64,000 bases of DNA from Eledone cirrhosa (taxonomy: Eukaryota). The stretch spans positions 282,286,001 through 282,350,000 of the forward strand of contig OZ024743.1 of NCBI GenBank assembly GCA_964016885.1, written 5' to 3'. The stretch's first letter is position 1; every line of letters starts with the position of its first letter. The position numbers and the translations under genes were made by a program. Shown piece by piece: positions 49,484 through 61,869 of the stretch. The notes below the pieces were generated by a model, which searched no databases, was not told the DNA's origin, and was given only the letters and a program-made list of their open reading frames with translations.

Positions 49484-51436
49484 GTGGTGGAAGTCTTCGT
49501 GAGGGGAAAGCCACAGCGAGCCCTCGTGGATACGGGCTGTACGACGACACTGGTGACCGCGGGGGTGGCGCAGAGGTGGGGAGGGAAGAGCAGCGTAAGG
49601 GCAGTCGACAGCAGGAAAATTGAATGCCGAGGTTGCAGCGAGATGGAAATAGCGGTACGGGGAAGGACGATAAGGCTTTCCGCCATCGTGGTAGACAGTG
49701 TGGTGGATGGGATCGGCGTGGTTATGGGCATGGACACGATTGGCCGTCTAGGGGGCGTCACGGTGAACAATGTCGGTGTGTCGTTTGGTGCCGCTGCATC
49801 GGTATGCGCTGTGAGTGCACGTCGTGAGAACCAGAAGGCCCACGAGGGGCAATACCCCGCTTACACTGTACAGGACAAGGACTTCAAGGCCGTGTTTGAT
49901 GGGCAGCGATGGGTTGTTGAGTGGTACTGGAAGGGAGAACCACCAACACTGAAGACCAAAGTGGGCTGCTATCAACACACATTGAAGGGAAACGCTAGGG
50001 GCGAGTTCGAGCGAGAAGTAGAGAGATGGATCAAAGAGGGCATACTGCTTCCCTGGAAGGAGGAGGTGAAGTGCGGAGTATTGCCGTTGATGGCGGTGGT
50101 GCAACCCACGAAGAGCAAGGTGAGACCGGTGCTGGACTACCGAGAGCTGAACGAGCACGTGTCATGCCACACGGGTGGCGAGGTCACGGATGTCTGTGGG
50201 GAAACCCTGCGTGAGTGGAGACGCATGACGGGGGGTTCAGCGATCGTGGATCTAAAGTCGGCTTACTTGCAGTTGCATATAGATGAGAAGCTCTGGCGGT
50301 ATCAGCTGGTCAGGTATAAGGGCCGGACATATTGCCTGACCAGGCTCGGTTTCGGGCTGAGCTCCGCACCGAAGATCATGGCGACAGTCCTCAAGACTGC
50401 TCTGGGGAGGGCCGACAAGATAGAGAGGGCTACTAACTCCTACATTGACGACATCCTAGTGGACGAGTCAGTGGTGTCGATGGCGGAGGTCACGAGCCAT
50501 TTGCGGAGGTATGGACTGACTGCGAAGCCATCAGAAGCATTGGAGGGAGGAGCCGCGCTGGGACTTAGGCTACGGCGAGATAAGATGGGCGTTTTGGTGT
50601 TCCAGAGGGGAAACGAAGTTCCGGAACTGGGCCCAAGTATGAATAGGCGGGAGCTTTTCTCGGTGTGTAGAAAGCTGGTGGGTCACTACCCGATCGCTGG
50701 GTGGCTCCGGACGGCATGCAACTATGTCAAGAGACGAGCGGGAGGGGTGACTTGGAGTGACAGAGTGGGAGAGAGAACGGTGGCCATGATGCAGGAGATC
50801 GTGGGGAGGGTGAAGGCCGACGACCCAGTGCGGGGACGCTGGTACGTTCCCAAATCACGGAGCGGGACCGTATGGTGCGATGCCAGCAGCATAGCGCTGG
50901 GTGTCACGTTGGAGATAGGAGGTGTTGAGGTCGAGGATGCAGCCTGGCTTAGAAAGAAGGACGACTGCAGCCACATCAATGTGGCCAAGCTGGACGCAGT
51001 GTTGAGAGGGGTGAACCTCGCCCTGCGGTGGGGGCTGCGCACCATCGAGATACGCACCAACTCGGCTACCGTACTCAGATGGGTAAGATCAGTGCTCACC
51101 AGTGAGAAGAGAGTGCGAACGAGAGGCGCGGCGGAAATGCTGATAAAGCGCCGCCTGGGAACGTTAGGAGAGCTGGCCACTGAGTTCGACCTGAAGCTGA
51201 GCGTAGTGTTCGTGCCTTCAGAGAAAAATAGGGCGGACATCTTAACTAGAGTGAAGAAAGCCTGGATGGAAGCGCCGGAGGAGGTAGAGGATGAGATAGC
51301 TGCCGTGTGTCGGCTGACCGAGTTAGACCTGAAGGGGTTGCATGACATGCACCACATGGGGGTGGATAGGAGCCTGTTCCTAGCCAGGAGAATCGACTCA
51401 GACGTTAGCAGACACAGTGTTCGGGGGGGTGGTTAG
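49484..51436 (+). CDS. Gypsy pol: protease (ALVDTGC), RT (LDYRELN, DLKSAYLQ, YIDD), RNase H (CDAS…NRAD), start of the integrase HHCC
   Basis: 650-aa ORF with ordered motifs; ends at a frameshift in the poly-G near 51425. Confidence 0.9.
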   Translation: MVEVFVRGKPQRALVDTGCTTTLVTAGVAQRWGGKSSVRAVDSRKIECRGCSEMEIAVRGRTIRLSAIVVDSVVDGIGVVMGMDTIGRLGGVTVNNVGVSFGAAASVCAVSARRENQKAHEGQYPAYTVQDKDFKAVFDGQRWVVEWYWKGEPPTLKTKVGCYQHTLKGNARGEFEREVERWIKEGILLPWKEEVKCGVLPLMAVVQPTKSKVRPVLDYRELNEHVSCHTGGEVTDVCGETLREWRRMTGGSAIVDLKSAYLQLHIDEKLWRYQLVRYKGRTYCLTRLGFGLSSAPKIMATVLKTALGRADKIERATNSYIDDILVDESVVSMAEVTSHLRRYGLTAKPSEALEGGAALGLRLRRDKMGVLVFQRGNEVPELGPSMNRRELFSVCRKLVGHYPIAGWLRTACNYVKRRAGGVTWSDRVGERTVAMMQEIVGRVKADDPVRGRWYVPKSRSGTVWCDASSIALGVTLEIGGVEVEDAAWLRKKDDCSHINVAKLDAVLRGVNLALRWGLRTIEIRTNSATVLRWVRSVLTSEKRVRTRGAAEMLIKRRLGTLGELATEFDLKLSVVFVPSEKNRADILTRVKKAWMEAPEEVEDEIAAVCRLTELDLKGLHDMHHMGVDRSLFLARRIDSDVSRHSVRGGG

Positions 51437-52298
51437 AGGCTGCGTCCGATGTCAGTCCATTGATCCCGCCCCGGGTGTACACGAAACGGGAAACCTCCCG
51501 GTGGATCGCGACTGGAAGCGATTAGCGGTGGATGTGACGCACTACCGGCAGGGAACGTACCTCTCGATGGTCGACTGTGGACCGGGTTGAATGGCGATAT
51601 GGAGGGAGATGAAGACTGGAACGGCCAAGGAAATCGTGCGGACGTTGAGAGAGGTGTTCTTGGAGCGGGGCCCTGTGGATGAACTGCTGATGGACAACAG
51701 TGCAGCGTTCCGCTCGGAGGCACTGAGAGGGATGCTCGATGGATGGAAGGTGGACCGTTTCTTCAGAGCGGCGCACAGGCCGAGCGGGAATGGAATCGTG
51801 GAGCGACACCACCGGACGATCAAGGCAATGGCGGAGCGGAGCCATATCTCACCAATGGAGGCAGTGTTCTGGTACAATATGTCCCCTCGGGTTGGACAGG
51901 TCGAGGAATCGGTGCCACACAGAGCAGTATTCAAATACGAGTGGCGGCACCCGTGCACGCCACCACAACGGCCAGTGGGGAGAGAGAGTGCATTCGTGCA
52001 GGTGGGCGAAGAAGTCTGGGTTAAGCCTCCAGATGCACGGTGCACATCTCAATGGGGAAGGGGAACGGTGACGGCCGTAAATTCAAAGAACAATGTGTCC
52101 GTGGACGGGGTACCACGTCATGTCCTGGATGTAAGAAGAATCACTGTGTCGACGGACTCCGAGGAAGAGGAAACCCAAGATGAGGTGGAAACCCAGAGCC
52201 CTGCCCCAATACTACGAAGATCGCAACGGAGTCGTAGACCACCGACCTGGACGGCAGACTTTCATATGCAGAGGGACGAGGGGGAAATTGATCCTTGA
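51432..52298 (+). pseudogene. Gypsy integrase (CxxC, AVDV / MDNS / NGIVER)
   Basis: DDE motifs present; in-frame TGA at 51588-51590. Confidence 0.88.
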
Positions 52299-52311
52299 GA
52301 TCAGGGGAGCA

Positions 52312-52568
52312 TGTGGGTATGGTGTGGCGTGCGGTGGCCGGGGGCGGGGGGGAGTGCTCGACCGGAAGGGGTCTTTTTGACCGGAAGGATGCTCGACCGG
52401 AAGGGCCAGGAGAGGGCCTCTCTCTAGTGGTGACCAGCATACGGTGAGGACGTGTTTTGGGCAGCTCCCGGTTTTAAGCAGTCGGACGCACGTGGAAGAG
52501 GAGTACCTGCAGTGGAATTTAGCGGCGCCTGTGAAAAGCGGTAAGTGAGATAGCTTTTTCTAACCACA
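52312..52568 (+). repeat. 3' LTR (257 bp)
   Basis: Direct repeat of 48778-49012. Confidence 0.93.
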
Positions 52569-52982
52569 TCTATTCAAAAAATTGAGATACAAACAAATTA
52601 GAAAGCTTTTTGAAAAGTTCACATTTCTGTCATGTTTGCAACCTAATTTCTAATCAGTCATTGCTATTTCCTATAAGTTGGGGTGCTTAACCTTTTTGTT
52701 ACCATATTTCTAATAAAGGACATAAGGCATTGCCTATTATTTTCAAATCATTTTGAAAATAATCAAGAATTTGGAAGGATTTTCTCATTAACAAGCTTCA
52801 TGTATTTAGTAAAACAATTAAAGTTTTCAATATTCGGATCATGGATTTGCAGAGTTGATTTGCACAGTTGATAGAGTATCGGATAAAATTCCATTACAGT
52901 ATTTGTTCTGGTTCTTTACATTGTGAATTCAAATCCTACCAATGTCCACTTTGTCTTTCATCCTTCTAGGGTCGATGTTGAT

Positions 52983-53210
52983 TTAACCCTTTAGCATTTG
53001 CATTACCCTATATTTACATAGTATTTTCATGATAAAGGCTTTACCTCACATAATTATCTCACATAATATTGAATCAATGAGATTTTGATATTATTTCTTT
53101 TGAGAACAATACCTTAATGTTGATATGAGAAAACAGTTACGGCTGGTTTGAACAGAAAGAGGTGAGAAAATTCTGGCCGGATACAGCCAGTTTAAATGCT
53201 AAAGGGCTAA
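52983..53210 (-). mobile_element. piggyBac-type MITE
   Basis: ttaaccctttagc…gctaaagggctaa. Confidence 0.7.
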
Positions 53211-54159
53211 TCAACTTTGTCTTTTCCTCAAATTTGCCAGACTGATACCTAAATTAGAAATCAATATCAAGCTGGGTGTTTGGAATCAGTGGTGTAGCTA
53301 AAGTTTGTACCATCTGGGGTAGTCCTTGAGTTTGCCTTCTTTCTCCCTCTTACAATAAACACAACCAACAAAAACAAGTGCACATTGAGCATACTGGCTA
53401 CTCAGAGCTGGCTGTCCCCTCACATCCAGCTGTACCATATTTCTAATGAAATATTTTGTGTTTTAATAAATTAATGAAGAATTTGAGAAGTATTTACTAC
53501 AATTAAAATTTCATTAAGATGGTATTTGTAACATAATGAAATGTTCTTATATAAATTTATGATGGAAGGTTTTAATTCAATTAGAAACCCTTTAAAATGG
53601 GTGGTTTTGTTTCATAACAACAAGAGAAAGCACCCAGTCCACTCTGTAAGGTGGTTAACAAAGCACCCATTCCACACTGCCAGGTGGTCATGTTGGTGAC
53701 GCAAGAAATAAAAGCTCCCAGTTTACCCTGTAAGGTGGTTGTTCTGGTGACACAACAAAAAATACCCAGTCCACCCTGTTAGATAGTCGTTTTGGTGCCA
53801 AGATAAAAAGTATCCAATCCACACTGTATTGTGGTTGGCATTAAGAAAGGTTTTCCAGCCATAGAGACCCAGCCAAAATACATATCCATATGAGCAAAAC
53901 ATGGTCAACTGACCTGACTTGTCTCATAACATGACAACCAGTCAAACCCATGCAGGGGGGGGGGGGTAGACATTAAATGATGATGATGATAATGAGGAGG
54001 AGGAAGAGAAAAGACAATTTTGGATAGGCTAGTATGAAAAGGGTAAAAACATTGCCTCAAAAAGAACCCAATGATGAGTATGAAGTTTATCATGGGACCC
54101 AAAAGGCTAACCCCTACTTTAGCAAATAAAACAGCTTTAAAAAATTGTGTATATGTGTG

Positions 54160-54785
54160 TCATCATCATCATCATCATCTTCGTTTAATGTCCATTTTCC
54201 ACGCTAGCATGGGTTAGACGAGAGTTGTCCCCATTTGAGTCAAGGTTGGTCGGGTGACCGTGTCTTGCTCATATAGGACTATCTGGCAGATTTTCTACGG
54301 CTGGATGTCCTTCCTAACACCAACCACATTTACAGTGTGGAACTGGAAACTTTTTACTGTGTTACCTACACGCCACATTACAGCGTGGACTGTGTATTTT
54401 TTGTCGTGACACCTACACAATCTCGATCTCAATTATCTCATTTATTTGGACTGGATGTTGTGGTACCAACTTTACAGAGAGAGGGTGGTGTTGGTGGGAG
54501 TGGGAGGATAGGGTAGGGTAGTGGATTGTGGTGTATATTTGGTTAAGAGGTGCCTACTGACTGTAGGTTTCGCTTTGTACATAGGCAAGGCGGGTCTTCT
54601 GTATTACTGCGTAGCGCCAAAGATCTCGGTCCAGTGACATTGTCTTAGAGAGGTGCAAGTGTGTAAGGTCGAAATTTATTAGATTGTCCCAGGTTTTTCT
54701 GGGTCTACCTACTCTGTAACTAACATCAATTTTGATCGGCCTGCACTTTTTTATACAGCTGTCGTCTTTCATGCACATCACGTGT
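54160..54785 (-). mobile_element. 5'-truncated RTE 3' end with composite 3' UTR
   Basis: HVMCMKDDSCIKKC…GRPRKTW…; same layout as 1963-2625. Confidence 0.78.
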
Positions 54786-55794
54786 GTATGTCTGTAAACA
54801 TAAAGTCCTTATAATTTAAGGAAAAGCAAGAACAAAGTTATGCCATTTATGTTGTTATTGATTTTGTTGATTTCATTTAACCCTAGGCTAACCACGACTG
54901 AGCAAACCTATGATCAGAGGCATTCCCAGCCATGGCCATAACCGTTATTTTAAGTGTATCTAGGAGGACATTATACAACATGTCCTTTCCCTATATAAGA
55001 CTGCAGTGTGTGATCTGAGAAAGACCTGACAGCAATTAAGTTAAAAAAATCTACCATAGGTTTCTCATTAGCTTGGTATACCCTTCTTTATTTAAAATAC
55101 TATGGTGTGCTTTGAAGAAGATTTAGCTGATATTTCTAGCATATAAAGTGACCATGTTGTGGCCTCCTCAGATCATTGCCGTTCGTGTCTTTCTTAGAAG
55201 CATTATTGGTTCAAGGGAAATGAAAGGATTTCAACAAAATTAAAACTATATCATAGAATCAATACATTGAGAGCCTATACACCTCTTGATTTACTTTAAA
55301 TCTCTCAACAGCATTTTCAATAATTGAAATGTTTTGCATATGCATGATTAGTTTACATGAAAATAAAGCCCCCCACACAAAAAACAAATTTATTCAATTT
55401 GTTCCCATTAGATATAAACATTTTTACATCACAAAAAATAAACTATTGTGGCATTTTAATACAAATCTGTATATGTAGAAGAGTTTCTATTGCACATTCA
55501 TTCATAAAACAACAAAAATAGTTCCAGTAACAACAACAATAAACAACTAAGCAAAGCCATAAAAATGGAATGTGTTATTACATTATATATATATACTGAA
55601 CTAAAACCAAACTTGATGAATCAGAAGAGATGTTTTCCAGACAGGTTGCCATAGCGTATTCATTAACTTTTAGTGAGAACTGACATGAAAAGCATCCCTT
55701 GGCAGAGTCATTAGTTAACTTGTTCTGCCAGCAAGCAAGCTTTGATGGGATGAGAAAAAAAAAATAGAAAGAGAAATACACAGAGAGGGAAAAA

Positions 55795-55941
<147 letters not shown>

Positions 55942-56676
55942 AGATGTGTTTAGCAGAAGCAACATGATGAAGATATCCATATTTAACCAGGAAGTTGACA
56001 ATGCAAAAATATAAAAATAAAGAGCTATTCTTGCAATATTGGTTATGAATAAAATTTGTTCTTTTTTTCTATCTCTTTGAAAACAAACTAATCAAAACAA
56101 AAAAAAAATGAAATATAATAATTTTTTGTTAAAAAATAAAAAAAAAGCAGCCATGGTGATTTTTTTAATGTCAATGATAAAAGAATTGACCTATATTTTA
56201 AAAAAATAACAAAAACCTTGTGCTTATTTTTTTTACTCACAAGAAATGTGTTTAAAATAACAAAAATTAACAAAACAATAAAATGACTAGACAATAAGAT
56301 AGTAAACCAATTTAATAAGACTTATTTGATTTCTCTCCTTCTTTCTCCCCTAGTCACCAATCTTATTAATTTCTTTCTCCAGGAGGTCTAAATATGACTC
56401 ATGAAACAATAGATTTGTTCTGGGAAAGTTCCTCTCCAAGGCTTACTTTCATATAATCCTAAAGAGCATAAAATTTCAACTCTGCCCAACCAACTCTATT
56501 TACTCTTTATGAGCTATTTCTAAAAGCTGCAGAGTTGTGATATTTGCTCTAGCTCTCTGTGTTCTGAGTTCAATTACCACCAAGGTCAACTTTACTTTTC
56601 ATCCTTTTGAGATTGATAAATAAAATACCAGTTCAATACTGAGATTTATCGCTTCTCTTTCTCAATTTATTTTGAA

Positions 56677-56730
56677 GAAATCTGCTCTAGGAGGGGATGG
56701 TCTTCACCATCCCCTCCTAGAGCAGATTTC
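56677..56730. repeat. Perfect 25-bp inverted repeat with 4-nt loop
   Basis: gaaatctgctctaggaggggatggt-cttc-accatcccctcctagagcagatttc. Confidence 0.95.
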
Positions 56731-56791
56731 ATGACAACTCCCATACAACTCCATTATTAGTTATGAATACATGCAATGGTATGACTATTTC

Positions 56792-57140
56792 TAGGGTAAA
56801 GGGTAAAGCCCCCTTTGGTCACAAATGACCTTGGGATTTGCACCTAGAAAGTTACACTCCAAGACATAAGCCTGGGCAAGGTTGCTTGTGGAAGACCAGC
56901 AGTCACCCATGCATACTGGTCTCCCCTCTCCATGCCACCGATGTTGTCCAGGGGAAAGGCAATGGCTGGTACAGTTTGGTACTTGTGACATCGCAACTAA
57001 TTTCTAGAGCTGATTTTACTGGAGCAACGTGAAATAAAATGTCTTGCTTAAGGACACAATGCATCACCCGGTCCAAGAATCGAACTCACAACCCCCCGAT
57101 TGCAAGCTCAATGCTCTAACCACTAAGCCATGCACCTTCA
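56792..57140 (-). mobile_element. tRNA-derived SINE (same head and core as 20696, different body, (TTTACCC)-like tail)
   Basis: tggcttagtggttagagc…gagttcgattc…ccttaagcaagacattttatttcacgttgctccag. Confidence 0.75.
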
Positions 57141-57367
57141 TGACTATTTTTAAACTGAAAGAATTGAGTCCATTATTCATATGATTGATTGATATCAAAG
57201 TAAATTTAAAAGCTGCAACGGTTAACTCTTTTGATTTCAAGCCACCTGAAACTGCCCTGGTTCTATGATACTAAGCTGTTTATTTTAAAGCGTTTATATT
57301 TATCTAAAAATCTTTTTATCATAATGTTATGTATGAACATTTGCTAAATTATTCTTCAAACACCAGC

Positions 57368-57595
57368 TTAACCCTTTAGCGTTTAAACCAGTCGTATCCA
57401 GTCAGAATTCTGTCACCTCTTTCTGTTCAAACCGGCTGTAACCAGCTTCTCATACAGATATTAAGGTATTGTTCTAAAAATAAATATCAAAATCTCATAG
57501 ATTCGATTTTATGTGAGATAATTATGTGAGGTTAAGCCTTTATCATGAAAAAATATAATAGTAAATACAGAGTAATGTAAATGCTAAAGAGTTAA
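57368..57595 (+). mobile_element. piggyBac-type MITE
   Basis: TTAA-ccctttagc…gctaaagag-TTAA. Confidence 0.72.
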
Positions 57596-58386
57596 GAATG
57601 AGAAAGTTAGTTATATTACTAAATCTCTTACCCCAATTCTTGATTATTTTCAAAATGATTTATTAACTATAGGCACTGTCTTTCGTTAGAAATATGATAA
57701 CAAAAAGATTAAAAGAAGATTGGTATAGATGATATTTAGTGGGAGAAAATAACGGCTATTAGTCAGTGTACATGATGATAATGATGATGAGGATAATCAT
57801 CATCATCAGCAGCATCGTTGTCATCCTCATCATCATCATCAGTGTCATTATAATATTCATTGTCATTATCATCATTGTCACCACTACCATTATCATCATC
57901 ATTATCATTAACAGCAACAGCACCGCTACTAGGGTTTGCGGGGTTTGACTTCCATGGGATAGTTATCTGAAACCGATTGTTTTTATTTTACTAGTTTGGT
58001 TTGGCGAGTGGGGCCGTGATCTCTGGTGAGATCAAAATAATAAATGTTCCTCTTGAATAGTTACAATTTGACAATAACAGGAAAAACCTGAACAAAGCGG
58101 GTGGGAATTCCAGATAATTGATGTTCTGGGGAGGAAGGACTGGGTAAAGCAATTAGTAGGAAGTTTGCAGTTTGGCTACTTTTTTCTGGCAGTGGGGTGA
58201 GGGTGGGGGTGGGGTTAATTGCTTAACAGACTAAATTGAGGAGAAATGTAAATTAAATCATGGACATGAATAATTTGTTGCAAGTTTTTTGGTTCATCTT
58301 TCAAAGAATATATAATATACTTTATACTATTATTTTTTTTTTTTTAGAATCTTATTCTAAAAATACTCATGATATTTTTCAATGAA

Positions 58387-58408
58387 TAGTAGTAGTAGTA
58401 GTAGTAGC

Positions 58409-58470
<62 letters not shown>

Positions 58471-58560
58471 CAGCAGCAGCAGCAGCAGTAGCAGCAACAG
58501 CAGCAGTAGTAGTAGCAGTAGCAGCAGCAGTGGTGGGGGGAGTAGTAGTAGAAGTAGTAG
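58387..58560. repeat. (TAG)n/(CAG)n microsatellite
   Basis: Directly visible; source of the poly-S/L/T ORFs. Confidence 0.95.
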
Positions 58561-58779
58561 ACAGAGGCAGTGGTGTTCGTTTCTTTTTTTTTTTTTTTTT
58601 TTTAAACAAGTGACGTTTTCACTAATAATTAGATTTGTGATAAGGATTAGGACATGCAGCTTTTTAAAATTCAAAACATGCTGACTCCCAATGTCTCATC
58701 TCTGTTTTTTGTATTTTTGTATGATATTGACTTCATATATTGGCAGAAGGCCATGCATTTTCTGAAGGAGTTTTCCAAA

Positions 58780-59400
58780 TACCATTCTGCACGCACTTGT
58801 CCAGTGTCCAAGTATTGCTGACTTGTGGAGTTTTGTCAAACAACTATAGTTGTGTGTAAGACAGATCCAGCTATCAGCCAACTACATCATGAAGATCACC
58901 CTGCCACTCTCCTTTGGCCAGAAAGGGCAGGCGGTTTTCTTCTGGTGGCTGTAGCAAAAGAGCTTGTGCGGTGGACATGACTGAAAGGATGAAAGCAGAC
59001 ACTTTTCTCTTCAGCCAGCTCTTCATCAACTTTTTCAAGATCCAGTTGGAAAAGAAGATGAGGCTGGAGAGAAAATTGGTAACCCTCCCACCAGTACATT
59101 TTTTAAAAGGTGGGTAAATATAGCGAGGATGGCCTGAGTGAATGAGCCTATTCTGAGCATGCGCCTGTAGGCTGGAGTGTTCAGAGAGGAGTGGTGGCAC
59201 CTTCTTAGGGTGCTCTTGGTGATTAGGTTAGTTTTGATCTGAGGGTTCCTAAATCATCCCAAGGTGACATTCCCTCTTAACGGGGGAGTTCTATTGTTAT
59301 TGTTTTCTCTTTCTTTTCTTTTTTTACATGTTTCATGTAAATCCTCACTATCCCTGTTTCTTGTATTGTCCTTTAAGTTTTGGCCCTAGTGGCCTATAAA
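58780..59400 (+). mobile_element. Degraded Tx1/L1-type LINE 3' fragment
   Basis: TILHALVQCPSIADLWSFV resembles the C-terminal TxxHxxxxC zinc-knuckle of ORF2; frameshifted continuation …AVAKELVRW…LERK; T-rich 3' UTR. Confidence 0.5.
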
Positions 59401-59405
59401 GAAAG

Positions 59406-59628
59406 GGCGGCTGTGGATTGGCAGTATTGAAAGAGCTTCAGACACCATGCTTTGCAGCATAGAGTTATGGCCCTTTACGTTCTGGGTTCAAATCCTGCTG
59501 AATTTGCTTTGCCTTTCATCCTTACGGGGTCAATAAAATAAAGCACCAGTAATGCACTGGGTTGATTTAATCGACTTACCACTCTCCTTCAAATTGCTGG
59601 CCTTGTGACTAAATCAGAAACCATTATC
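59406..59628 (+). mobile_element. SINE family A (longer variant)
   Basis: ggcggctgtggattggcagtattg…gggttcaaatcc…ggccttgtgactaaatcagaaaccattat; a similar copy lies near 60690-60897. Confidence 0.7.
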
Positions 59629-61869
59629 ATTATTATTGTTGTTGTTTATTATTGTTGGATTTTTAAGATTGTTTTCTATTCTCAACCAAAATATGTACAA
59701 GTATGTTTCATTTTATTCTTTATGGTGCTATTAATGTTAAAAATGTTTTTATGGTATTGTATGTTTTGTTCTTCCATTGCAGTTAGGAATTAGTGGAGCT
59801 AAAGATATTTATTCAAAATATTTATTGTATCTTCAAGAATGTGTAAAAGAGAATTATTTCTTGTAAGTTATGTGTGATGTAGGACCCAGAATTCTGTTGA
59901 CATACTTCTTAGTGCTTTTAATACTAGACCCAATTTACCATCCATTTTAGAGAATGTCCCTGTTTTTAGTTCATTTTACTCTTCTAAATCATTACATTTA
60001 TGGTTTGTCCAGTCCCTTAACCCTTTTGATGCCAACCCACTTGAGACTATTTCTGGTTCTACGATAAAAAAAAAACATGTTTGTTTTAAAGTGTTTATAT
60101 TTATCTAAAAACCTTCCATCGTAATTTTATGTAAGAATCTTTAAGTTATATTCCAAACACGGGTTTATTAATGAGAACATTAACAATATTACTAAATCTT
60201 CCCAAATTTGTTGTTATTCTTAAAATTAATTGAAAATCACAACAATGTATTTTATTAGAAATACAGTAACAAAAGAATTAAAGAAAATTTTATGGCTAAT
60301 TGGAATTAATATGCCTGCAAGTAGTCCTTTTGATTGATGTCAGAGTAGCCTATAATGAAGATGACATAGTACACCTAGAGGACAGCAGACTCTCAAAACA
60401 AGTATTGTATGGTGAACAGTTGCAAGGCAAACACCTGCAGTGCAAGCCACACAAACACTTTAAAGACTACCTGAAAAATACCCTGAAGAAGGTCAATATC
60501 AACACTAAAACATAAGAAAAATCTTTCTCCACAAATCTAAGTTCAGTCATACTTTGGTCCAAGCAGGATTATAATAACTGTTATGTAACTCGGAGAATAC
60601 TGTAAGTGTTTTAAAAACATTTTTCCTGGCTATTATTGTATTTACGGGTGGTGGATTGGCAGTATTGGTAGAGGGTGGGTCACCATGTTAGGGTGGTGGA
60701 TTGGCAGTATTGGTAGAGTGTTAGACAAAATATGTTGCAGCATATAGTTACGCTCCTTTATGTTCTGCCAAGGTTAGCTTTGCCTTTCTTCCTTAGGGGG
60801 TCAATAAAATAAAGTACCACTTATGCACTAGGGTTGATTTAATCAATTCTGCTTCCCCAAAAAGTTTTGGCCTTGTACCTAAATCAGAAACCATTATTGT
60901 ATTTAAGTTAGTTTCATGCTCATGATAGGATTATCTTTGAGATCATCCTTTACAATCAGAGGCTTTTCCTAGTGCCGACCCTTTTTATTGCCTCTTATGG
61001 CCCACAGGGATATTTATCCAGTCTTAACTGGATAGACACAAGTTAATATTTAACTCGAAGAACTATTTCAGATCATGAATGCCCCCTGTTGATTCAACCA
61101 ATGAAACTGCCTGCTTATGAAATTAACATGTAAGTAGCTACGCATTCCACAGATACATGCACTCTTACTGTACTTTACAGGGAGATTCAGCATCACACAA
61201 TGTGTGACAAAGATGTAACTCAAAGATGTTGCCAACTGAATGGACTGGAGCTATGTGAAATAAAGTATCTTGCTTAAGGACACAATGCACCACTAAGTCC
61301 AGGAAGTGAACTTACAATCATGAGCCAAGCACTCTAACCACTGAACCATGTGCTTCACACCAGCAAGTATATGAGTTTTATTGTGATCATTCCAACCATC
61401 AGAATTTTATTTTACAGGAAATGCTAATCCTTTAAAACACACACACACCCACATACACACACACTGACACACACAACCACACACATGTGGACACGGACAA
61501 CACACGCACACAAATTGAAAGGACAATGGGGCCTTATTGCAATAATCGTGTTTATCCAAAATAGTAGCTAGTGAGCAAAGAAGTGCTGCCATCATGGTAG
61601 TTGAAATTGTATGCTGACTATTTCAAGTAGATTGCTTTAAACACTTTACTACTATAGCTTCTAGAATGAATAAAATAAATAATTTTTCTTGTCCTTCAAC
61701 AACAACAACAAGATGAATAGAAACCACAAAACTACATTACTAATATGGATTGAATATATAAATGTGATTTACAAAGTAAGGATAAAGAGAGAGAGAAAAT
61801 ACGAAGAAAATAACAGCTAATTTTTTTATCTTTAGCTATCCTAATTCCATGTATGGAATCAGATTTCAA

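Larger units (their letters stand above)
48778..52568 (+). mobile_element. Ty3/Gypsy LTR retrotransposon provirus (defective)
   Basis: TG…CA LTRs, 5-bp TSD TCTAT, PPT-like tcaggggagca before the 3' LTR, and domain order gag-PR-RT-RH-IN. Confidence 0.95.

Noticed and set aside
58357-58684. Poly-S, poly-L and poly-T ORFs
   Set aside because: Artefacts of the (TAG)n/(CAG)n repeat.
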